From positions 292,809 through 356,808 of the forward strand of contig CAXXUH010000003.1 in NCBI GenBank assembly GCA_963665405.2: DNA of 64,000 nucleotides, given 5' to 3'. This document shows, one piece after another, positions 1 to 7,267 of this stretch. The notes beneath the pieces are model-generated. The model was given only the letters and a program-made list of their open reading frames with translations. It did not search any database and was not told the DNA's origin. Within the stretch, counting starts at the first letter, position 1, and each line of letters starts with the position of its first letter. Source of the DNA: Dehalococcoidia bacterium (GTDB lineage: Bacteria; Chloroflexota; Dehalococcoidia; Lucifugimonadales; G963665405). Both the position numbers and the translations under genes were made by a program.

Positions 1-170
1 ATCGGGGTTGCAGGATGCGGTCAGCAGCTCGGGTGGGACGGCGAGATGTTCGATGCCCAATGTCGTGCCTTCGTTTGCTCGGGTCCTGAGAGTCGCCGTA
101 GCGTGCCATGGCGCGCAGTAGGGGCCGGGGCTGCCCCGCGCGCGGTCGTGGACGGGCGGTCGCTCGCCGC

Positions 171-1289
171 CTAGGCGGCGCAGGCCTCCGTCAGAGAGAC
201 GTAGCTCAGGTCGAGCGCTTCGGCCACGGCCGGGTGAGTGACATGGCCCCTGTATACGTTGATCCCCATCGCCAGGGGACTCCGGTCCCTGATCATCGCG
301 TCCAGGTCCGAGTTGGCGAGCTCGAGGACGTAAGGGTAGGTGGCGTTGGCAAGCGAGGTGCTGGAGGTGTTCGCGACCATTCCCGGTATGTTCGGCACCG
401 CACACAGTGTCACGCCGTTCACGGAATAGGCCGGCTCGCTGATGCTGGTCTTGCGGATCGCCTCGACGGAGCCGCCCTGGTCGATGGCGACGTCGATGAT
501 TATGGTCCCGTCACGCATGTCGTGTAGCAGCTCCTTGTCGATGACCTTCGGAGCCTTGGCGCCGGGGATCAGGACGGCACCCACGACCACGTCGGCCTCC
601 TGCACCAGCTCGGCGAGGGTCGCGGGAGAGGAGACGACCGTCCCCAGCGTCCCGCCGGATATCTCGTTGATCTGCCTGAGCCGGTCGAGGTTCACGTCCG
701 CGACGGTTACGGCCGCCCCGGCGGCTGCGGCAGCGGCTGCCGCATTGAAGCCCACCGTGCCTCCGCCCACGACCACCACTCGGCAGAATTGGGTGCCCGG
801 CACCCCGCCCAGGAGCTTGCCGGGACCCCCGCTGTCGCTTTGCAGGAGTCTGGCCGCCATCTGCGGCGCCAGCTTGCCGGCGATCTCGCTCATCGGATAG
901 AGGAGCGGAAGGCTGCCATCCTCTAGCTGCACCGTCTCGTAGGCGACGGCCGTCGCCCCGGAAGACATCAGCGCCTGCGTCAGCTTCGGCTCGGGTGCGA
1001 GATGCAGGTAGCCGAATATGATCTGATCCCTGCGGATCAGACCGTACTCGGGAGGCTGAGGCTCCTTGACCTTGACCACCATGTCTGCCTCGCCGTACAC
1101 ATCCTCGGCCCGCCTGACGAGCGTGGCGCCCGCGCGGCGGAAGTCTGCGTCCGGAAAGCTGGCCGCCTCGCCGGTACCGGCCTCGACAAGTACAGTGTGT
1201 CCCTCTCGGGCCAGCAGGTCGACCTTGTCCGGCGTCAGAGATACCCGGCGCTCGTCGGCCATAATCTCGTTGGGGATCCCAATGATCAT
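171..1289 (-). CDS. ald: L-alanine dehydrogenase
   Basis: ORF 171..1364(-). The N-terminus MIIGIPNEIMADERRVSLTPDKV and the Rossmann motif VVVVGGGTVG are typical of the Ald/PNT family. Start moved to ATG 1289, which has GGAGG about 10 nt upstream. Confidence 0.9.
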   Translation of the reverse strand: MIIGIPNEIMADERRVSLTPDKVDLLAREGHTVLVEAGTGEAASFPDADFRRAGATLVRRAEDVYGEADMVVKVKEPQPPEYGLIRRDQIIFGYLHLAPEPKLTQALMSSGATAVAYETVQLEDGSLPLLYPMSEIAGKLAPQMAARLLQSDSGGPGKLLGGVPGTQFCRVVVVGGGTVGFNAAAAAAAAGAAVTVADVNLDRLRQINEISGGTLGTVVSSPATLAELVQEADVVVGAVLIPGAKAPKVIDKELLHDMRDGTIIIDVAIDQGGSVEAIRKTSISEPAYSVNGVTLCAVPNIPGMVANTSSTSLANATYPYVLELANSDLDAMIRDRSPLAMGINVYRGHVTHPAVAEALDLSYVSLTEACAA

Positions 1290-1400
1290 CAGCGGTAGCC
1301 TCCGAATTGGGTTTGGTCGGTCAGGTACCATTATCGCACACGAGTGCGGAACTCGCCCGCGCACCGGACGCCACCCGCGTTAGCAGGCTGATGAATACGG

Positions 1401-1690
1401 GGGTGTGCAGAGGGGCTAGGACCCTATGCCGGGAGTCTGAGGGTGTCCCTCAGAAGACTCTTGTTTCCCTCTGGTGGGGAGGGGTAACGCCGCTGGTTGT
1501 CGCCCGGGGGATGCAGAGTTGGGGGGTGCGGATCCCGACAAGTCGGGATTGCAAGGAGTCTGAGGGTTTCCCTCAGATATTTCTCTCCCCTGCCTGGCCA
1601 GGAAGGGGACCAGGTCCGATGATGCTTCGCTCATCGAGACTCTCGATGCCCCGATCAATCGGCGCGTATCGGAGGGGATGGTCGAACAGC
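1401..1690. repeat. Composite copies of the window-wide stacked-hairpin repeat family
   Basis: 1401-1456 carries CAGAGGGGC..hairpin plus GAGTCTGAGGGTGTCCCTCAGA. 1529-1690 carries GATCCCGACAAGTCGGGAT, GAGTCTGAGGGTTTCCCTCAGA, CCTGGCCAGG and ATGATGCTTCGCTCATCGAGACTCTCGATG modules. The same modules recur throughout the window. Confidence 0.8.
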
Positions 1691-1694
1691 GTTC

Positions 1695-4592
1695 CTACAG
1701 CGCCTCAGCCAGCAGCTCTACCAGGTGCTTGGGGCGCGCACCCGTGCCCGACTCGATCTGCTGCCGGCAGGACACGCCCTCGCTTACCACCTCGAAGTCC
1801 CCGTCCTCGGACCGGATCGCGGGGAAGAGACTCTGCTCCCCGATCCTCATCGACACATCGTAGTGCTCCTTCTCCAGGCCGAACGACCCGGCCATCCCGC
1901 AGCAGCCGGTCTCGATCTCCTTCGGGCGGCAGCCTCCGATCGACCGAAGGACCTCCATGGCCGGGCCGGTGCCGACCAGCGCCTTCTGGTGACAGTGGCC
2001 GTGGAAAAGGACGTCTCTCGGCCGGTCTCCCAGGTCGAACCTGGGTCCATCGGCGGTCTGAGCGTAGAGCACGAACTCCTCAATCAGCATGGTGCTGCGA
2101 GCGATGGCCTTTGCTCTCGGCCCCCCTCCGACAAGGTCGACGTAATCGTCCCGGAAGCCCAGGATGCAGCTCGGCTCGAGACCCACCACCTTCGCTCCCG
2201 ATTCGACGTACGGGGATATCGCGTCGATGTTGACCCGGGCGTTGTTTCGTGCCTTGTTCAGCATGCCCGCCGAGAGCATGGGACGGCCGCAGCATCGGGT
2301 GGGCGGCACGATGACTTCGTAACCGAGAGCTTCCATCACCCGGGTCGCCGCGATTCCCAGGTGGGGGTGGTTGTAGTTCGTGAAGGTGTCGGCGAAGAGG
2401 ACGACCTGGCCCCTGGTGCTGGACGTCCTGGCGGAACCTCCTCTGGCCTTGAACCACTGGGTGAAGGTGCGGCTCGCGAAGGCGGGGAGGGCACGCCTCC
2501 GGTCCAGGCCGGCCACCCCCTCCAACACCGTGGCCGATGCCTCGGACCTGAGCAGCCAGTTCGACACGGGCGTCAGGAACGAGCCCAGGCGGCTGAGGTC
2601 GGCGATGTTGCCGACGATGCGGTTCCGCAGCGGGTAGCCATGCTCGGTGTGGTAGCGGTACAGAAACTCGTACTTGAGCTTCGCCATGTCCACGTTCGAT
2701 GGACACTCCGCCTTGCAGCCCTTGCACTCGAGGCATAGGTCGAGAACGTCGAAGAGCCTCTGGCCGGTCAGCTCCTCGATCGGAAGGGCTCCCGATATCG
2801 CCGCGCGCAGCGCATTGGCGCGCCCGCGGGTCGAGTGTTCCTCGTCGCGCGTGACCATGTACGACGGGCACATCGTGCCGCCGAGGACCTTCCGGCACGC
2901 CCCCTGCCCATTACACATCTCGACGGCTCCGGCAAAGCTACCCTCATCGACATAGCTCAGGCCGGTCTTCACCGGGTGCGTCCGGTACGCGGGAGAGATC
3001 CTGAGGTTCTCGGTCATGGGCGGCGAGTCGACGATCTTCCCGGGATTCATGACGCCCTTCGGGTCGAAGGCGCTCTTCACCTGCCGGAAGGCATCGTAGA
3101 GCTGGCTTCCGAACATCTTCTCGTTCCACGGACTCCGGACCAGCCCGTCCCCGTGCTCGCCGCTCATCGCCCCGCCGAACTCCAGGACGAGGTCGCTGAC
3201 CTGCGCCGCGATGGAGACCATCTTGTAGATGTCCTCCTGCCGCTTCAGGTTGATCAGCGGGCGGATGTGGAGGCAGCCGACGCTCGCGTGGCCGTAGTAT
3301 CCGGCCGTCGTGCCGTGATCTCGGACGATCTCGTCGAACCGCCGGATATAGTCGGGCAGCCGCTCGGGAGAGACCGCTGTGTCCTCGACGAACGGCTGCG
3401 GCTTTGCGTCGCCCCGAACGTTCATCATCAGCCCGAGGCCGGCCTTCCTGACCGCCCACACCCTGGCCTGTTCCTCCGAAGTCTTGAGCCTCCTGACCGC
3501 GTAGCCCAGCCGTCGCTGCCGAAGGCGCCGCTCCAGCTCGTCCAGCCTGCTCTCCAGATCGGACTCCGACTCTCCGACCAGCTCCACGACGAGCAGCGAC
3601 TCCGGGTCGCCCTCGATGAAGTCCATCGTACGCGAGTACTCGAGGTTCGTCCGAGCCTGACGCAGGATCATGCTGCCCATCTGCTCCACCGCCGCGGGGT
3701 TCATCTCCAGCGTGACGACCGTCGCCTCCATCGACTCGATCAGATCGGCGAAGTGGATCACCGCCAGTGCCCTGAACCTCGGCCGCCGCACGAGCCGGAC
3801 CTTGGCCTCGGTTATCGCGACCAGCGTGCCCTCCGAGCCCACGACGAACCTGGCCATGTTGAACGCCTTGCCGTCGCCCAGCTCGTCGAGGTTGTAGCCG
3901 CCGACCCTCCGCATGATCTTGGGGTACCGAGCCAGCACCTCGTCTCTGTTCGCCTCGGCGATTCTCGGCAGACTCCGGTAGATGTCGCCCTCCAACCCGT
4001 CGAGACGCATCCTGGACCCGAGGGCCTCGCCATCGAGATCGCCGAAGCGCGTGACGGTCCCATCGGCGAGGACCACGTCCATCTCGATCACGTTGTCGAT
4101 CGTCTTGCCCCACATGATGGAGTGCGCCCCGCACGAGTTGTTCCCCAGCGCGCCGCCCACGTTGCTCCGATTGCTCGTGCTGGGATCGGGCGCGAAGAAT
4201 ACGCCGTCGGGCTGGAGGAGGTGGTTGAGCTCGTCCAGGATGATCCCGGGCTGCACCCGCGCCCAGCCCTCCTCGACGTTCACTTCGAGGACGGCCCTCA
4301 TGTGCTTGGAGAAGTCGATCACCACGGCCCGGCCGACCGTCTGACCGGCCAGGCTGGTGCCCCCACCTCGGGGAAGCACAGGGACACCGTGCCGGTCCGC
4401 CGTCTCGATCACCGCGACGACGTCCTCGGCGGTCCTGGGAATCACCACTCCGATCGGCTCGATCTGGTAGATGCTCGCGTCGGTGCTGTAGAGGAGGCGC
4501 GACATCTTGTCGAACCGCACCTCGCCCTCGACCTGACTCTCCAGGTCGGCGACTAGGTCCCGGGTGTCCGCCTCGGCGGCCGCATCAGGCAT
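1695..4592 (-). CDS. FAD-binding oxidase fused to a (Fe-S)-binding/CCG domain (GlcD-GlcF-like, D-lactate/glycolate dehydrogenase type)
   Basis: 965-aa ORF with an ATG start. N-terminal FAD-PCMH domain (PRGGGTSLAGQ). Central CxxCxxCxxxCP ferredoxin-like motif (CLECKGCKAECP). C-terminal Cys-rich CCG repeats (CCGRP, CCGMAGSFG). Confidence 0.85.
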   Translation of the reverse strand: MPDAAAEADTRDLVADLESQVEGEVRFDKMSRLLYSTDASIYQIEPIGVVIPRTAEDVVAVIETADRHGVPVLPRGGGTSLAGQTVGRAVVIDFSKHMRAVLEVNVEEGWARVQPGIILDELNHLLQPDGVFFAPDPSTSNRSNVGGALGNNSCGAHSIMWGKTIDNVIEMDVVLADGTVTRFGDLDGEALGSRMRLDGLEGDIYRSLPRIAEANRDEVLARYPKIMRRVGGYNLDELGDGKAFNMARFVVGSEGTLVAITEAKVRLVRRPRFRALAVIHFADLIESMEATVVTLEMNPAAVEQMGSMILRQARTNLEYSRTMDFIEGDPESLLVVELVGESESDLESRLDELERRLRQRRLGYAVRRLKTSEEQARVWAVRKAGLGLMMNVRGDAKPQPFVEDTAVSPERLPDYIRRFDEIVRDHGTTAGYYGHASVGCLHIRPLINLKRQEDIYKMVSIAAQVSDLVLEFGGAMSGEHGDGLVRSPWNEKMFGSQLYDAFRQVKSAFDPKGVMNPGKIVDSPPMTENLRISPAYRTHPVKTGLSYVDEGSFAGAVEMCNGQGACRKVLGGTMCPSYMVTRDEEHSTRGRANALRAAISGALPIEELTGQRLFDVLDLCLECKGCKAECPSNVDMAKLKYEFLYRYHTEHGYPLRNRIVGNIADLSRLGSFLTPVSNWLLRSEASATVLEGVAGLDRRRALPAFASRTFTQWFKARGGSARTSSTRGQVVLFADTFTNYNHPHLGIAATRVMEALGYEVIVPPTRCCGRPMLSAGMLNKARNNARVNIDAISPYVESGAKVVGLEPSCILGFRDDYVDLVGGGPRAKAIARSTMLIEEFVLYAQTADGPRFDLGDRPRDVLFHGHCHQKALVGTGPAMEVLRSIGGCRPKEIETGCCGMAGSFGLEKEHYDVSMRIGEQSLFPAIRSEDGDFEVVSEGVSCRQQIESGTGARPKHLVELLAEAL

Positions 4593-4741
4593 GGTGCGGT
4601 CTCGTCACTCGTTGGGGGCGAATAGAGACTAACAGGACCATGGTACCGGGGACCGGAGGACCTTTCGGCCATGCAGCGTAGAGGAAGCTGCTGATACGGT
4701 TAGAGACATCGCTCAGAGGCGTCGCAATAAGGAGAGGAAAG

Positions 4742-4924
4742 ATGTCTGACATACTCAATTCGCTGACGAAGGCCATCTCCGGGTTCGTATCGAAGGTCCT
4801 CGGTATCTTCGGGGGCTCGGCAAAGGACAAGCCGGTCCCGGCCGCGCAGGTGACCGACCCTCACGAGGCGGAGATTGAAGAAGAGGCCGTACCTGTCCAG
4901 GAGGCCGTGGCCGCCAAGCAGTAG
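4742..4924 (+). CDS. Small hypothetical protein (60 aa)
   Basis: ATG preceded by AAGGAGAGGAAAG. Amphipathic N-terminus and acidic C-terminus. No recognisable family. Confidence 0.4.
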   Translation: MSDILNSLTKAISGFVSKVLGIFGGSAKDKPVPAAQVTDPHEAEIEEEAVPVQEAVAAKQ

Positions 4925-4927
4925 GGG

Positions 4928-5722
4928 TCAGTACTCGCCCCAGGAACCCTTGGCCATCAACCCGCCGTCGACGCAGACGTACTCACCCGTCATGAACGAC
5001 GCCCGGCTGCTGGCCAGAAACACCACGACGTTCGCGATGTCCTCGGGCTGCCCTATGCGTCCGACCGGGTGCAGCTCTCCCGCATCGCGCAGGTTCGTCT
5101 GAATAACGTCCTCGTCCTCCCCGAAGGCTGCCCGCCACATCGGGGTGTCCACCCCGCCGGGGCAGACCGTCAGGACACGTATGTTCTCGCGCGCGTAGTC
5201 CAGCGCAATCTGCCGGGTCAGCGAGATGTCGCCCCCCTTCGACGCGGCGTACGGCGGGACAAGCTGCTGCGACTGCAGACCCTGGATGCTCGCCGTGCTT
5301 ATGATGACCCCCCCGCCCCTCTTGCGCATCTCGGGAATAACGTACTTCGCCATCAGGAACCGGCTCTTCAAGTTCACCCCGATGATGCGGTCCCACATCT
5401 CCTCTGAGGTATCCTCGACGTTCGTGTACGATTCGGGCGGCTGTATCCCGACGTTGTTGAACAGGACGTCGACTCCCCCGAACGCCGACACGGCCTCGGC
5501 GACAATTCTTTCGCAGTCGGCCGGCCGAGACAGGTCCGCCTCGGCGACGATCGCTTTTCCGCCCGCATCCTGAATCCGGTCCGCCGTTTCCTGGGCTGCG
5601 CTCGCGTTGATGTCGGCTATCGCGACGCTGGCGCCCTGCCTGCCGAACTCCACCGCAGCCCCGGCGCCGATGCCCATCGCGCCGCCGGTGACAATCACGA
5701 CCTTACCGTCGAATTCGCCCAT
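4928..5722 (-). CDS. Short-chain dehydrogenase/reductase (SDR)
   Basis: TGGAMGIG cofactor motif and YAASK catalytic motif. Start moved to ATG 5722 (MGEFDGKVVIVTGG), with AGGAGG 7 nt upstream. Confidence 0.85.
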   Translation of the reverse strand: MGEFDGKVVIVTGGAMGIGAGAAVEFGRQGASVAIADINASAAQETADRIQDAGGKAIVAEADLSRPADCERIVAEAVSAFGGVDVLFNNVGIQPPESYTNVEDTSEEMWDRIIGVNLKSRFLMAKYVIPEMRKRGGGVIISTASIQGLQSQQLVPPYAASKGGDISLTRQIALDYARENIRVLTVCPGGVDTPMWRAAFGEDEDVIQTNLRDAGELHPVGRIGQPEDIANVVVFLASSRASFMTGEYVCVDGGLMAKGSWGEY

Positions 5723-5866
5723 GGGTACCTCCTGGGGTATCGCTCTGCGGCGCTCCGTGGAGCACTCGGTCAAGGCTCGTTGCTTCGTGGGGCAGGCCGA
5801 GTGTACCAGTCGCGCTCAACGGCCGCAACGAGTCCTGCGGACGGCCCAGCCGAGTCGCGGGGGCCG

Positions 5867-5957
5867 GGGAGTGCAGATCCCGACAAGTCGGGATTGCCGG
5901 GAGTCTGAGGGCGTCCCTCAGATTCAATTTCACCCCCCTCTTTTCTAGGAGGGGGTG
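5867..5957. repeat. Stacked-hairpin repeat copy
   Basis: GATCCCGACAAGTCGGGAT hairpin, then GAGTCTGAGGGCGTCCCTCAGA hairpin, then CCCCCCTC..GAGGGGGG hairpin. Confidence 0.8.
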
Positions 5958-6038
5958 GCGGGCAGGGCGAGCGGGGCCAGACACAAGAAAAGAGCCCGCG
6001 ATCGCGGGTCCTCGGGCGACCCCGGTGTTCGATGCCGC

Positions 6039-6863
6039 CTACTTGGGCATCCGGACGATCCGGTACCTCAGGGTCCCCCGGGGGGTGTCGACCAGGATCT
6101 CCTGCCCGGCCGACCTGCTCATGAGAGCCTTCCCGACCGGCGACCTGTCCGAGATCTTGCCCTCGAGAGAGTTGGCTTCGTAGGCGTTGACCACAATGAA
6201 GGTCTTCTCCCGCCCGGAGTCCACGTCCTTGAGGACGACCGTGCTGCCCAGGCGGACCGTCTTCCCGTTGCCCCGCTTGGTCGGATCGATGATGACGGCG
6301 ACCTTCAGCATCGTTTCGATCTCGGAAATCCGAGACTCCACGTGTCCGAGCTGCTCGCGGGCCGCCTCCAGGGGGGTGTTCTCGCGGACGTCCTTGTCGG
6401 CGGCGGCCCTCCCGATCTCGGCCGCGAGCGGGGCGCGCTCCGACTTCAGCCTGCCCAGCTCGGCGTCGAGCTGGGCGTGGCCCTGTGGCGTCAGCTCGAC
6501 GGCCTCTTTGGTGTCGGCCGCCTCGCTACGCCCGATCCGGCTCTTGGCCTTGCGGATTCTCACATGCTGAGCCAGGTTCCGTTCGATGAGGCCCTTTTTC
6601 CTGGCGTAAGTAAGAAACGTCCGAACAACCTGAAGGCGTTCGGACGCTTGGACCGTGGTGCTCCCCCCTAGCTGCTCGGCGTAGTCGCCGATCTCCAGGG
6701 GGCTTATTCCAGAGAGGGTTCGCTCGGCTCCGCACCACTGCACGAAGCGCGACAGCTCGGTGTGGGTGGTACTGTGATCGATCTTTGCCTTGAGGTTGCT
6801 AACGTATTGCCCGACGGCCTCCAGGAGGGTGACATCCTGTGGGATATCCTGATCTTCCGGCAA
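6039..6863 (-). CDS. GreA-family transcript-cleavage factor with an about 115-aa N-terminal integrase-SAM-like (core-binding-like) extension
   Basis: The C-terminal 155 aa show a GreA coiled coil with an acidic tip (DKDVRENTPLEAAREQ) and a GreA C-domain (GSTVVLKD...ISDRSPVGKALMSRSAGQ). The N-terminus (LEAVGQYVSNL...VVRTFLTYARKKGLIERNLA) resembles a phage-integrase N-terminal SAM-like domain. Confidence 0.8.
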   Translation of the reverse strand: MPEDQDIPQDVTLLEAVGQYVSNLKAKIDHSTTHTELSRFVQWCGAERTLSGISPLEIGDYAEQLGGSTTVQASERLQVVRTFLTYARKKGLIERNLAQHVRIRKAKSRIGRSEAADTKEAVELTPQGHAQLDAELGRLKSERAPLAAEIGRAAADKDVRENTPLEAAREQLGHVESRISEIETMLKVAVIIDPTKRGNGKTVRLGSTVVLKDVDSGREKTFIVVNAYEANSLEGKISDRSPVGKALMSRSAGQEILVDTPRGTLRYRIVRMPK

Positions 6864-6946
6864 TACTTTGTGCTCCTCTACTGATTACTCGTCCCTTCCA
6901 TGTTAATGAATGAGGCACGCCCGTGTCAACGCGCACCCCGGTCACA

Positions 6947-7189
6947 AAGGGCCTTTTCAAAGTCCGATGGTTGGCCATCCAGTGGTCGTTCGACGCCTCC
7001 GACTTTCCTGCGCGTAGGACCGCACAGGGCATGTGCCAGGCCCCGGCCGGGGGTTCCGAAGGGGGCAGAGCCCCCTTCGCGGGGTTGGGTGCCCCAATCC
7101 ATTGGGCGGGCGGGCGGGGACGAGATCACCCAGAGAGGGCACCTCAACGGGGGAGGTACGGGGAATGGTGGGAGAATGAAAAGACCCTA
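6947..7189 (+). mobile_element. MITE copy M1 (short variant)
   Basis: Terminal inverted repeats AAGGGCCTTTTC / GAAAAGACCCTA. Flanked by the direct repeat CCGGTCACA on both sides. The interior is shared with the copies at 18.75, 21.86 and 39.77 kb. Confidence 0.65.
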
Positions 7190-7267
7190 CCGGTCACAAA
7201 GGGCGCACCGTGGTCGCCGAGAACTCTCGTCCGGGAAGCCGAGCCAATAACCGCCGGGCGTTCGCCA

